The notes below the pieces were generated by a model. The model saw nothing but the letters and a program-made list of their open reading frames with translations, did no database searches and was not told where the DNA came from. The position numbers were made by a program, and so were the translations under genes. 64,000 nt of DNA from Acidimicrobiia bacterium (GTDB taxonomy: Bacteria > Actinomycetota > Acidimicrobiia > Spongiisociales > ZC4RG35), in contig CBDBCY010000004.1 of the NCBI GenBank assembly GCA_965203555.1, positions 2,026,007 to 2,090,006 of the forward strand. Direction: 5' to 3'. Positions 9,129-18,329 of the stretch are shown piece after piece (the first letter of the stretch is position 1; each line of letters begins with the position of its first letter).

Positions 9129-10384
9129 AGAACGCGGCGGCCGTCATCGCCGCCGCGGTCGATGCCGACTCTCTGGTCGACCTGGTCCGGGATGCGGTGC
9201 GGATTCCCAGCATCACCGCGGATGAAGGGCGTTTCGCCGATTGGGTGAGAAGCCGGCTGGAAGAGGGTTGCTGGCACGAGGTCGATCAGGTGGAGGTGGA
9301 GCGGGGCCGCCCGAATGTGTATTCACGGGCAGGCGCCGGAGAGCATGGAACCCGGTCCCTGGTGCTGGCCGGGCACCTGGACACTGTCCATGCCGAAGAC
9401 TGGACACAGGAGTGGAGAGGCTCTGATCGTGACGATCCGTTCGCCGGTCAGGTTGTCGACGGGGAGATTTGGGCGAGGGGAGTAACCGACCAGAAGGGAG
9501 GGATCTGCTCCATCATCGAAGCGGTTCGGGCGATCTATCGGGCCGGATACCGACTGAGGGGGTCGGTGATCGGATTGTTCGTATGCGATGAGGAGTCCGG
9601 CCAGCCGGGAAGCGGGGTCTCCCTGGGGATGCGAGCCGCAGTCAAGGAGCTCTTGGAAGGCTCTGGTAGCCCGCCCGACTTTGCGATCTACACAGAGCCC
9701 ACCACCGGCGCCATCTACACCGCCCAGATGGGATTTCTGATAGCCGACATCACCCTGGTGGGCAAGTCTGCCTATTTTGGCAGGCCCGAACTGGGAGTGG
9801 ACGCGCTGAAGGCAGGGCACGCCCTGCTCGGTGCTCTGTGGGATCACAACGAGACGCTGTCTACGGGAGAAGCCCACCACCTGCTGGGAGAGCGGTTCCT
9901 GCTGGTGACCACGGTCGGGTCGGGGGGTAACATCGCCGTGCCCGGAAAGTTCGAACTGTCGCTCATTCAAAAGTTCCTGCCCGGGGATGACCTCGATGCG
10001 GCGGCCACGGCCTTGCGGGAGATCACCGCCGGAGTCGCCGAAGAGCACGGGGTCTGTTCCGAGGTGGTCTTCTCCGCTCCGAGAGATCACTCGGTGGGGG
10101 GTACCCCCGATGAGATATCGGCTAATCATCCGGGTGTGCTTGAGTTGGCCGGCGCCATCGAAGCGACCGGCGGCCGGCAGGCGAGAATCGAAGGAGCGCC
10201 CTACTGGTCGGAGAAACCGATGCTTCGGTCGGCAGGCATTCCAGGCGTCTACTTCGCGGCAGGTGATATCGCCACCTGTCACACACCTTTTGAACGACTA
10301 CCGATAGAGGATTTCGTGTCTTTGACCCGTGCCCTGGCCTACTTCGTGGCGTCGTGGTGCGGGGTGGAGAAGTCCGCAACCTAG
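9125..10384 (+). CDS. M20 family metallopeptidase (ArgE/DapE/dipeptidase-like)
   Basis: M20 signatures (LAGHLDTVH, VTDQKGG, FVCDEESG) and ATGA overlap with the ROK gene. Confidence 0.85.
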   Translation: MKNAAAVIAAAVDADSLVDLVRDAVRIPSITADEGRFADWVRSRLEEGCWHEVDQVEVERGRPNVYSRAGAGEHGTRSLVLAGHLDTVHAEDWTQEWRGSDRDDPFAGQVVDGEIWARGVTDQKGGICSIIEAVRAIYRAGYRLRGSVIGLFVCDEESGQPGSGVSLGMRAAVKELLEGSGSPPDFAIYTEPTTGAIYTAQMGFLIADITLVGKSAYFGRPELGVDALKAGHALLGALWDHNETLSTGEAHHLLGERFLLVTTVGSGGNIAVPGKFELSLIQKFLPGDDLDAAATALREITAGVAEEHGVCSEVVFSAPRDHSVGGTPDEISANHPGVLELAGAIEATGGRQARIEGAPYWSEKPMLRSAGIPGVYFAAGDIATCHTPFERLPIEDFVSLTRALAYFVASWCGVEKSAT

Positions 10385-10392
10385 GAGGAACC

Positions 10393-12597
10393 ATGAAAGG
10401 AACCCGCAAATACAAACGCAATACATCCGCAAGGTGGCTCATAACCGGTCTGGTGGCAGTGCTCAGCCTGGTTGCGGCGGCTTGCGGCGACGATGCCGAG
10501 GGCGAAACCACTACTACCCGGGCCGCCGCCGAAGCCACCACTACCCAAGCACCTGCTACGACGGAAGCTCCTCCAGAGCCTGTGGCGCCGGTTACTCAGG
10601 GGCCTGGTGGTGAGGAGGCTACCGCGTCGGGTGAGATTGTTTTGAGTGGTGATGAGATTGCGCAGGTGCAGTCTGGGGGGTATACGGCGGCTTTGCTTTG
10701 GCATACGGCGGGTGCTTTCACCGATGCGGTGAGTCAGGGTGCTCGGGATGCTTTTGCCGAGTTGGGTATTGAGGTGATTGCCGAGACGAATGCTCAGTTT
10801 GATGCTGCTCAGCAGGCCAATGATGTGGAGACTGTGTTGGCGCAGGATCCTGATGTCATTATCAGTTTGGTGATTGATCCGGTGTCGGGCGCGGAGGCGT
10901 TCCGTCCTGCGGTCGAGGCCGGGGTGCAGTTGGTGTTCTTGAGCAATGTGCCCGAGGGCTATGTGCACGGTGTCGATTATGTGGGGGTGGTGACCGATGA
11001 TCTGGCTGCGATGGGGATGGCGGCTGCGGATTTGTTGGCTGATGCGTTGGGCGGCTCCGGGGAGGTGGGTTTCATCTTTCATGATGCTGCCTATTACGTG
11101 ACCAATCAGCGTGATCAGGCGTTCAAGACTTGGATCGAGCAGCGTTATCCGGGGATCGAGATCGTTTCTGAGCAGGGGTTGGCTGATCCGGCTGCTGCTG
11201 AGGAGATCGCGGCTACGTTGTTGACGCGCAATCCTGATCTTGATGGTATTTATGCGCCGTGGTCGGCTGGTCCGGCCGACGGGGTGTTGGCTGCTTTGCG
11301 GGCGGCTGGTGCTTCTGATGTGGCGGTGGTGACTTTGGATCTGGATACCAATGTTTCGTTGGACTTGGTGGAAGGCGGGAATGTGGTTGGTATCGCGGCG
11401 GATGAGGCGTATGCGCTGGGACGGACCATGGCGTTGGAGGGTGCTTACGGTCTGTTGGGCAAGGACGCTCCTCCGTTTACGGTGGTACCGGCGATCGCAG
11501 TGACCGCTGACAACATCGTGGATGCCTACCGCCGGTCACTGGCCACCGACCCACCTCCCGAAGTCATGGCCGCACTCGGCGAGTCCGTGCCTGTGGCGCC
11601 GGTTACTCAGGGGCCTGGTGGTGAGGAGGCTACCGCGTCGGGTGAGATTGTTTTGAGTGGTGATGAGATTGCGCAGGTGCAGTCTGGGGGGTATACGGCG
11701 GCTTTGCTTTGGCATACGGCGGGTGCTTTCACCGATGCGGTGAGTCAGGGTGCTCGGGATGCTTTTGCCGAGTTGGGTATTGAGGTGATTGCCGAGACGA
11801 ATGCTCAGTTTGATGCTGCTCAGCAGGCCAATGATGTGGAGACTGTGTTGGCGCAGGATCCTGATGTCATTATCAGTTTGGTGATTGATCCGGTGTCGGG
11901 CGCGGAGGCGTTCCGTCCTGCGGTCGAGGCCGGGGTGCAGTTGGTGTTCTTGAGCAATGTGCCCGAGGGCTATGTGCACGGTGTCGATTATGTGGGGGTG
12001 GTGACCGATGATCTGGCTGCGATGGGGATGGCGGCTGCGGATTTGTTGGCTGATGCGTTGGGCGGCTCCGGGGAGGTGGGTTTCATCTTTCATGATGCTG
12101 CCTATTACGTGACCAATCAGCGTGATCAGGCGTTCAAGACTTGGATCGAGCAGCGTTATCCGGGGATCGAGATCGTTTCTGAGCAGGGGTTGGCTGATCC
12201 GGCTGCTGCTGAGGAGATCGCGGCTACGTTGTTGACGCGCAATCCTGATCTTGATGGTATTTATGCGCCGTGGTCGGCTGGTCCGGCCGACGGGGTGTTG
12301 GCTGCTTTGCGGGCGGCTGGTGCTTCTGATGTGGCGGTGGTGACTTTGGATCTGGATACCAATGTTTCGTTGGACTTGGTGGAAGGCGGGAATGTGGTTG
12401 GTATCGCGGCGGATGAGGCGTATGCGCTGGGACGGACCATGGCGTTGGAGGGTGCTTACGGTCTGTTGGGCAAGGACGCTCCTCCGTTTACGGTGGTACC
12501 GGCGATCGCAGTGACCGCTGACAACATCGTGGATGCCTACCGCCGGTCACTGGCCACCGACCCACCTCCCGAAGTCATGGCCGCACTCGGCGGATAA
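10393..12597 (+). CDS. Sugar ABC transporter substrate-binding lipoprotein (PBP type I, RbsB-like) carrying an exact in-frame tandem duplication of its binding domain
   Basis: AGGAGG is followed by ATG 10393. The signal and lipobox read MKGTRKYKRN...LVAAAC. Each repeat unit is a complete periplasmic-binding-protein type I domain. The track start at 10354 is unlikely. Confidence 0.8.
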   Translation: MKGTRKYKRNTSARWLITGLVAVLSLVAAACGDDAEGETTTTRAAAEATTTQAPATTEAPPEPVAPVTQGPGGEEATASGEIVLSGDEIAQVQSGGYTAALLWHTAGAFTDAVSQGARDAFAELGIEVIAETNAQFDAAQQANDVETVLAQDPDVIISLVIDPVSGAEAFRPAVEAGVQLVFLSNVPEGYVHGVDYVGVVTDDLAAMGMAAADLLADALGGSGEVGFIFHDAAYYVTNQRDQAFKTWIEQRYPGIEIVSEQGLADPAAAEEIAATLLTRNPDLDGIYAPWSAGPADGVLAALRAAGASDVAVVTLDLDTNVSLDLVEGGNVVGIAADEAYALGRTMALEGAYGLLGKDAPPFTVVPAIAVTADNIVDAYRRSLATDPPPEVMAALGESVPVAPVTQGPGGEEATASGEIVLSGDEIAQVQSGGYTAALLWHTAGAFTDAVSQGARDAFAELGIEVIAETNAQFDAAQQANDVETVLAQDPDVIISLVIDPVSGAEAFRPAVEAGVQLVFLSNVPEGYVHGVDYVGVVTDDLAAMGMAAADLLADALGGSGEVGFIFHDAAYYVTNQRDQAFKTWIEQRYPGIEIVSEQGLADPAAAEEIAATLLTRNPDLDGIYAPWSAGPADGVLAALRAAGASDVAVVTLDLDTNVSLDLVEGGNVVGIAADEAYALGRTMALEGAYGLLGKDAPPFTVVPAIAVTADNIVDAYRRSLATDPPPEVMAALGG
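10579..12592. repeat. Perfect direct tandem repeat, 2 x 1,011 bp (10579-11589 and 11590-12592), in frame
   Basis: Every line I compared between the two units is identical when offset by exactly 1,011 nt. The unit encodes PVAPVTQGPGGEEATAS...PPEVMAALG(ESV). The first ~880 bp of each unit use T/G-ending codons (ttg, gat, ggt, gct, att), unlike the C/G-ending host bias; the last ~130 bp revert to host usage. Confidence 0.9.
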
Positions 12598-12640
12598 CCT
12601 TCCATGAACAGCTGATCGCATAGGGAAACGGTCGCAAGAG

Positions 12641-13654
12641 ATGAGAGCCCATGTCCTGGCCGGCGTCGCCACCCGGTTGAGGCAGGCATGGGCCAGACAG
12701 AGCGACGACGGCGGGTTTCGACGTTACGTGGTCTATTTGGCCTTCGTTTCGATTCTCGCCGTCTTCGCTCTCATGCTGTGGGACGATGGTTTCCTGAGTT
12801 GGTCGAATCTTTTGAACATCGGCCGCCAGGCAGCGCCGATCGCGGTCATGGCGGTGGGTATGGCCTTCGCCCTGGCCTCGGCGGAGATAGATCTTTCGAT
12901 CGGATCGACCGTGGCGCTCTCCTCGTTGGTTGCCGCAGTAGTGGTCGGCGACCATGGATTCCTCATCGGAGCGCTGGCGGCGGTGGCCGTGGGTGCACTG
13001 GTGGGGCTGGCGAACGGCCTGATCACCGTCAAGATACGGATCCCATCCTTCCTGGTGACGCTGGGGATGCTGGGGATCATCAGCGGGATTGCCCGCAACA
13101 TGAACAATCTGCAGTCGATGCCGATCAGAAACGACGCCTTCTCCGCCCTGTTCGGCGCCGGGTCGCTGGGTCCTGTCTCGTCTTTGGTGATCTGGACCGC
13201 GGTGGCCTTTGCCTTGGGCCACTTTGCACTGCACCATCTGCGGTGGGGAAGGCATGTGCTCGCCACGGGGGCCAATCGGGCGTCGGCCAAAGCGGCCGGC
13301 CTCAATACCGACCGGATTCGGATCAGCGCCCTGGTGGTCAGTTCGGTGGCTGCCTCCTTCGCCGGGGTGCTGCTGGCTGGGCGTCTGGCCATCGGCCGCC
13401 ACGACCTGGGAGAGAACGATCTGCTCACCGTGATTGCCGCGGTGGTGATCGGTGGTACCAGTTTGTTCGGCGGACGCGCGTCCATCGCCGGCGCGGTGAC
13501 GGGCGCCCTGATCATGGCGATGCTCAACAATGGATTGATTCTGATGGGCCTCGAGGTGGCGGACCAGTTGATCGCCCGGGGGCTCATCATCATTGTGGCG
13601 GTGGCTCTGAGCATGAGGGCGCCGTCGGAAAGCGTGGGTGACGATGTTCCTTGA
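12641..13654 (+). CDS. Sugar ABC transporter permease (RbsC/branched-chain-sugar type)
   Basis: Ten-TM-like hydrophobic profile with conserved RbsC-type segments (GIDLSIGS, VIGGTSLFGGR). Confidence 0.85.
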   Translation: MRAHVLAGVATRLRQAWARQSDDGGFRRYVVYLAFVSILAVFALMLWDDGFLSWSNLLNIGRQAAPIAVMAVGMAFALASAEIDLSIGSTVALSSLVAAVVVGDHGFLIGALAAVAVGALVGLANGLITVKIRIPSFLVTLGMLGIISGIARNMNNLQSMPIRNDAFSALFGAGSLGPVSSLVIWTAVAFALGHFALHHLRWGRHVLATGANRASAKAAGLNTDRIRISALVVSSVAASFAGVLLAGRLAIGRHDLGENDLLTVIAAVVIGGTSLFGGRASIAGAVTGALIMAMLNNGLILMGLEVADQLIARGLIIIVAVALSMRAPSESVGDDVP

Positions 13655-14846
13655 ATCTCTGATCGGAAGGAACCGGGCCTTTCTGGAGGCCGCGGTACGG
13701 CTTCACCAGGAAAACCGGATTCCGGCCAACAGTTATGTGCTTGACCTGGACGCGGTGGAGTCGAACGCTCGCCTCATGACAGCTGAGGCTCACCGCCGTG
13801 GCTTGACGGTGTATGCCATGAGCAAACAGGTCGGACGGGCCCCGGGAGCGCTTGACGCGATCACCAGGGGTGGGGCAGACGGTTATGTGGCGGTCGACAT
13901 GGGATGCGCCCGGCCCATTGCCGCCAACGGACACGCAATCGGCAATCTCGGACATCTGGTGCAGATCCCGCGAGCCGAAGCGGCCGAGGCTGCGAGCCTG
14001 GCCCCGGAGTATTGGACCATCTTCTCCCGCAACAAGGCGGTTGAGGCTTCACGGGCAGTAGCAGCCCAGGGACGCAGGCAAAAGGTGCTATTGCGGATTT
14101 GGGAACAGGGCGATGTCTTCTATCCGGGCCACGAGGGCGGGTTTCACCTTGATGAACTCTGCCAGGCGATCGACTTCGTCAACGGTCTGCGGGGATTGCA
14201 ATTCGCAGGACTCACCACCTTTCCGGCCCTGCTTTTTGACGGGGCGGCGAAAAAGGTGAACCCCACTGCCAATGTCGAAACGCTGGCTCGGGGGGTGGAG
14301 GCTGCTCTCGGCCACTTGGGCTCGGGCTTTGCCATCGAAGTCAACGCTCCCGGGACCACCTCCACGGCGGTGCTGGATGTGCTGGCAGAGGTTGGCGCCA
14401 CCCAGGTGGAACCGGGGCACGGCCTAACCGGCACCACCCCTTTGCATGCGGTGGAGGAGCTTCCCGAACAGCCTGCAGTGCTGTACCTGACGGAGGTGGC
14501 CCACGTTCATCAGGGAGTGCCCCTGTGTTTTGGAGGGGGGTTCTATGTGGATCCGGTGTTCGAGCCTTATCCAACCACCGTTGTGGCTGCCGCCGGGCCA
14601 GAGGATGTGAGCCGGCAGCGGGTGCCGATCGACATGCCGGATCCGGCCGGTATCGACTATTACGCGCGGCTCCACCCGGAGGGTCGGGTGCTGCGGGAGG
14701 GCGACACCGTTATCGCCGGCTTCCGCATCCAGGCTTTCGTCACCCGCTCTCTGGTGGTGGGCGTGACCGGCGTCCGCGCCGGCGCCCCGGTGGTGGCCGG
14801 GATCTGGAATGTGGAAGGGGCGCCGGTCTCCTGGGGTGGCGGATGA
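13638..14846 (+). CDS. PLP-dependent alanine-racemase-fold (fold-type III, YhfX-like) enzyme; putative amino-acid or amino-sugar racemase or dehydratase
   Basis: TIM-barrel N-terminal racemase-like segment (YVLDLDAVESNARLM, MSKQVGRAPGALD) and a beta C-terminal domain. It overlaps the permease 3' end and is ATGA-coupled to the downstream ATPase. The start is GTG 13638 or ATG 13644. Confidence 0.55.
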   Translation: MTMFLESLIGRNRAFLEAAVRLHQENRIPANSYVLDLDAVESNARLMTAEAHRRGLTVYAMSKQVGRAPGALDAITRGGADGYVAVDMGCARPIAANGHAIGNLGHLVQIPRAEAAEAASLAPEYWTIFSRNKAVEASRAVAAQGRRQKVLLRIWEQGDVFYPGHEGGFHLDELCQAIDFVNGLRGLQFAGLTTFPALLFDGAAKKVNPTANVETLARGVEAALGHLGSGFAIEVNAPGTTSTAVLDVLAEVGATQVEPGHGLTGTTPLHAVEELPEQPAVLYLTEVAHVHQGVPLCFGGGFYVDPVFEPYPTTVVAAAGPEDVSRQRVPIDMPDPAGIDYYARLHPEGRVLREGDTVIAGFRIQAFVTRSLVVGVTGVRAGAPVVAGIWNVEGAPVSWGGG

Positions 14847-15610
14847 CGGCGCCTGCTCTCTCGGTGCGCAACATGTCCAAGTCGTTTCGGGCCGTGCAGG
14901 CCCTGGACGATGTGTCGTTGGACCTGCGCCCCGGTCGGGTTACGGGACTACTGGGAGACAACGGCGCCGGTAAGTCCACCCTGGTCAAATGCATCGCCGG
15001 GGTGTACCAGGCGGATGCGGGGACGATCAGTATTGATGGAGCCGTCCATCGGATCTCGTCTCCGGATGCGGCGCGCACCCTGGGCGTGGAGACCGTACAT
15101 CAGAATCTTTCGCTGATAGACAGCCTGAATGTGGTGGAGAACCTGTTCTTGAACCGGGAATACACGCGGGGCGGTCGTTTCGGCGCCAGGATCGGCTTCT
15201 TGAACAAGAGGCGAATGCATAGAGAGTGCAAAGCGACCCTGGCCAGGCTCGACATTGCCATTCCCTCGATGCGCCGACCGGTTGGTCTGCTTTCGGGAGG
15301 ACAGCGCCAGGCCATCGCGATCGGCCGGGCAGTGGCATGGGGACAACGGATCGTGCTCTTGGACGAACCCGCTGCCGCCCTGGGAGTGGAACAGGCGCAA
15401 AGGGTCATGGATCTCATTCTTTCCCTGCGAGACGCAAGGGTGGCTGTTCTGCTGATCACTCACAACATGGATCGCGTCACCGCAGTTTGTGACAATGCCG
15501 TAATTCTGCGTCAGGGCCGCAAGGCTGCCGAGGTTGAAGTCAGCCGGGTGAGCAAGGATGACTTGGTGGCCTTCATAACCGGGGCCAAATCTGATCAACA
15601 ACCGGCCTGA
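14843..15610 (+). CDS. Sugar ABC transporter ATP-binding protein (single NBD)
   Basis: Walker A GDNGAGKST, signature LSGGQRQ, Walker B LLDEPAAAL and an H-loop. ATGA overlap with the upstream gene. The track ORF start at 14525 is a wrong upstream extension. Confidence 0.85.
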   Translation: MTAPALSVRNMSKSFRAVQALDDVSLDLRPGRVTGLLGDNGAGKSTLVKCIAGVYQADAGTISIDGAVHRISSPDAARTLGVETVHQNLSLIDSLNVVENLFLNREYTRGGRFGARIGFLNKRRMHRECKATLARLDIAIPSMRRPVGLLSGGQRQAIAIGRAVAWGQRIVLLDEPAAALGVEQAQRVMDLILSLRDARVAVLLITHNMDRVTAVCDNAVILRQGRKAAEVEVSRVSKDDLVAFITGAKSDQQPA

Positions 15611-15668
15611 AGGGACTGCTTCGCTCTACACCCATGACGAGAAGCTGTCTGTCGGAGGCGCCGCTCGG

Positions 15669-16406
15669 ATGGAGGTAATCGTGGAACCGGATGGCGCCGG
15701 CGTTACGCGCACCGCGGCCGACCTGGTGCAGGAGTACCTGTGCGCCACGAGAGAGCCGGCCCTGGGCCTGGCCACCGGCGGGTCCGTTGCAGCCCTTTAC
15801 CGCGAATTGGTGCTCCGATACCGGCAAGGCCGGTTGGATTTTGGCAGGGCGCGGGCCTTTTTGTTGGACGAGTATGTGGGGCTGGGGCGCTCGCATCCGC
15901 AGCGATACGCCAATGTCATTCTGAACCAGTTGGCAAGACATGTCGGCCTCGATCCTCATCGTGTTCGCGGACCCGACGGCGACGCTCCTGATTTGGCGGA
16001 GGAGTGTTCTCGCTACGAGCACCTGGTATGCGGCGCCGGAGTGGGATTGCAGATTCTCGGAGTCGGGCGCAACGGTCACCTGGCTTTCAACGAACCTGGC
16101 TCTTCCCTCGAGTCCCGTACGCGAGTGGTGGAGTTGGCCGAGACCACCAGGGCCGACAACGCCCGGTTCTTTCCCAGTCCCGCAAACGTGCCCTTCCTGG
16201 CCATCACCCAGGGTTTGGCCACCATCAGCCAAGCGGCGCATCTGTTGGTATTGGCCACCGGATCGAACAAGGCTGCAGCTGTGCGGGCAACGCTGGAGGG
16301 AACGGTCACTTCTGCTGTTCCGGCTTCGGCCCTGCGACTCCATCCACGAGTCACGTTGCTCTTGGATCCGCCGGCTGCCCGGCTAACTCGATTCGCTCTG
16401 CCCTGA
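15669..16406 (+). CDS. nagB: Glucosamine-6-phosphate deaminase/isomerase family (NagB/6-phosphogluconolactonase fold)
   Basis: LGLATGGS, AFLLDEYVGL and LQILGVGRNGHLAFNEPGSS motifs; 245 aa. Confidence 0.8.
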   Translation: MEVIVEPDGAGVTRTAADLVQEYLCATREPALGLATGGSVAALYRELVLRYRQGRLDFGRARAFLLDEYVGLGRSHPQRYANVILNQLARHVGLDPHRVRGPDGDAPDLAEECSRYEHLVCGAGVGLQILGVGRNGHLAFNEPGSSLESRTRVVELAETTRADNARFFPSPANVPFLAITQGLATISQAAHLLVLATGSNKAAAVRATLEGTVTSAVPASALRLHPRVTLLLDPPAARLTRFALP

Positions 16407-16432
16407 GACTTCTCACAGGGACTGAATGGCGT

Positions 16433-17224
16433 CTAGCCGCTCGCCTCGGTGGTAGTCGTTGTCGGCTCTTCGGAGTCGGCCTCCTCCGATTCGGTTTCTT
16501 CGGAATCAACCGGGCCCGGCGCCGTCAGATCCCGGCTAACGATGAGGGCCGTTATCTCTTCGTCTCCGATGTACTCGGCGATGATCGCGTCGATGCCTTC
16601 TTTGAAGACCCCGAACGCGGCGTTGAGCCCCACCTGCGCCGCCTGACGCTGCTCGCCGGTGTCAGACGACTGCAACCCGGCCAACATCTCCATTGCAGAT
16701 TCAGCGATCTGGCCAACTGCCGAGACGACGGTCAGGTGTTTTGGCGGGAAATCGCCGGTTGGGGGAACTGAAATAAGGTCGAAGTCAACCCGAGCCGTCT
16801 GGATACTCTCTGCGGCCGCTTCCATCGCCGCTTCGGTATCCGAGAAACTGACATCCGTCTCGGACCGGTTGTCCCAATCGTTGCTGATGCCGATGATCTC
16901 ATTCACCAACCGACTGACTCCCACCTCCGCCGTAAGAAGCTGTTTGAGATAATTCCGGACCACTTCGGCGGGAAACGTGGATGCAGCAGCGGGTGGTTGG
17001 GTAGTGGTGGTCGTGGAAGGCTGAGTGGTGGTCGTGGGTGGTCGGGTGGTGGAAGTCGTGGCCAGGGGGGCGATGGTGGTGGGGGGAGCGGAGGTGGAGA
17101 CCGTGGCCGCGGTGGTGGTACTGGAAGGTGGGGCCTCGACCGGATCCAGCAGGCATGAAGATCCGCCCAGAAAACTCAGGGAGAGGATGAGGAGCAAGAC
17201 GGCAGGTTTACGCATGATCGGCAC
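16433..17224 (-). CDS. Secreted lipoprotein with Thr/Pro-rich linker; paralog 1 of 3 of an uncharacterised family
   Basis: Signal and lipobox (MRKPAVLLLILSLSFLGGSSC), a poly-Thr/Pro linker, and a conserved approximately 170-aa domain (NYLKQLL..NDWDNRS..SFSDTEAA) shared with ORFs 18405-19346 and 19363-20136. Confidence 0.6.
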   Translation of the reverse strand: MPIMRKPAVLLLILSLSFLGGSSCLLDPVEAPPSSTTTAATVSTSAPPTTIAPLATTSTTRPPTTTTQPSTTTTTQPPAAASTFPAEVVRNYLKQLLTAEVGVSRLVNEIIGISNDWDNRSETDVSFSDTEAAMEAAAESIQTARVDFDLISVPPTGDFPPKHLTVVSAVGQIAESAMEMLAGLQSSDTGEQRQAAQVGLNAAFGVFKEGIDAIIAEYIGDEEITALIVSRDLTAPGPVDSEETESEEADSEEPTTTTTEASG

Positions 17225-17711
17225 TATTCACATGGACAGCGGAAAGCCCCAGGCGCCTTCTTGGGCGGGCATTTCCCTGCTGGATTTGTAGGTTGGTTCC
17301 ATGAGTCCGAATATACCCGCAGGGTCACCTGGAGCAAGGTAATAATGGGACTGGGAGAGTCTCTCTCGGCAGGCTTTCTTCCGGTTGGTGGTCCTTCCAC
17401 CACCGACAAGTCCCCTTCCACGACTCCAAACAGGCGTTGTACAACTCAGATCACATGCCGAACACCTCGGTCAGGCGGCGATGCCGAGAGGACGAGGGCT
17501 CGACCGCAAAGCGCCGGGTCTGCACCGTCTGGGACATGAACCAAAGAGTCTCCCAGAGTTGTGACAACAATCACACGCCACCCAATCGTCAACCCGGGGG
17601 AACTCCATCCCGCAACAGACCTCAACTCGACCCCAGCGGCAGGACGTGACGGAATCCGGGTTCTCTCCGGGACCCCAGGCCGGCTGCCGGGAGGAGCTCG
17701 GTCATACCGGG

Positions 17712-17717
17712 TTATAC
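17712..17717 (+). promoter_or_regulatory. Candidate -10 element TATACT, 10 nt upstream of the antitoxin ATG, implying a leaderless transcript
   Basis: There is no SD sequence before ATG 17728. Leaderless TA mRNAs are common in high-GC Gram-positive bacteria. Confidence 0.3.
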
Positions 17718-17727
17718 TACCGCGTAT

Positions 17728-17964
17728 ATGAAAGTTGCGGTGTCGATTCCCGACGCGGTGTTTGAAGCGGCGGAACTACTGGCCAAGCGTCGTCGGTGTT
17801 CACGTTCGAGTTTGTACACGGAAGCCTTGGAAGGCTTGTTGGCAGTTGCTGACCGTGACGAGATCACTGCCCGTTTGGACGCTGTGTACCAAAGTGATCC
17901 TTCAGAGATCGGACCGCTAATGCTGGAGGCACAGCAACGGGCGCTGGACGACGATCATTGGTAA
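17728..17964 (+). CDS. Type II antitoxin, ribbon-helix-helix (MazE/ParD-like)
   Basis: 78 aa beginning with a beta-strand, MKVAVSIPDAVFEAAELLAKRR, typical of the RHH fold. It overlaps the downstream toxin by 7 nt. Confidence 0.7.
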   Translation: MKVAVSIPDAVFEAAELLAKRRRCSRSSLYTEALEGLLAVADRDEITARLDAVYQSDPSEIGPLMLEAQQRALDDDHW

Positions 17965-18329
17965 TCCATAGAGGCGATATTTTCTGGGTCGATTTTCGCC
18001 CGCCGATTGGATCCCAACCGGGATACAGGCGCCCGGTTTTGGTTGTGTCGAGCGAGCAGTTCAACAGAAGCAGAATCGCTACGGTGGTGGCTGTTGTAAT
18101 CACGTCCAATCTGCGTCTTGCCTACGCGCCGGGAAACGTCATGCTGCCGGCCGAGACCTCCGGCCTGGATCGGGATTCCGTTGCAAACGTGTCCCAGATA
18201 GTGACTCTCAACAAGAGTGATCTTTCTCAAAAAGAGGGCCGGGTCGATGACGCGATGATGCGGATGATCGAAAAGGGCTTGGAGTTGGTGCTGGGCCTAT
18301 CGCCGAAGCGGGGACCACGGGTTCCTTAG
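17958..18329 (+). CDS. mazF: Type II toxin, PemK/MazF family endoribonuclease
   Basis: RGDIFWVDF...GSQPGYRRPVLVVS...VVAVVITS is the PemK/MazF signature. The stop codon lies within the 7-bp-stem hairpin CCTTAGC-ccg-GCTAAGG (18324-18340). Confidence 0.8.
   Translation: MVIHRGDIFWVDFRPPIGSQPGYRRPVLVVSSEQFNRSRIATVVAVVITSNLRLAYAPGNVMLPAETSGLDRDSVANVSQIVTLNKSDLSQKEGRVDDAMMRMIEKGLELVLGLSPKRGPRVP

Noticed and set aside
10381-12093. Minus-strand ORFs 10381-11082 and 11536-12093 (identical 185-aa cores)
   Set aside because: They are antisense to the duplicated binding-protein gene. Their duplication simply mirrors the 1,011-bp repeat.
12688-13641. 317-aa + strand ORF and 293-aa minus-strand ORF overlapping the permease gene
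   Set aside because: They are alternative frames of the permease CDS. The in-frame 12641-13654 product has the polytopic hydrophobic profile.
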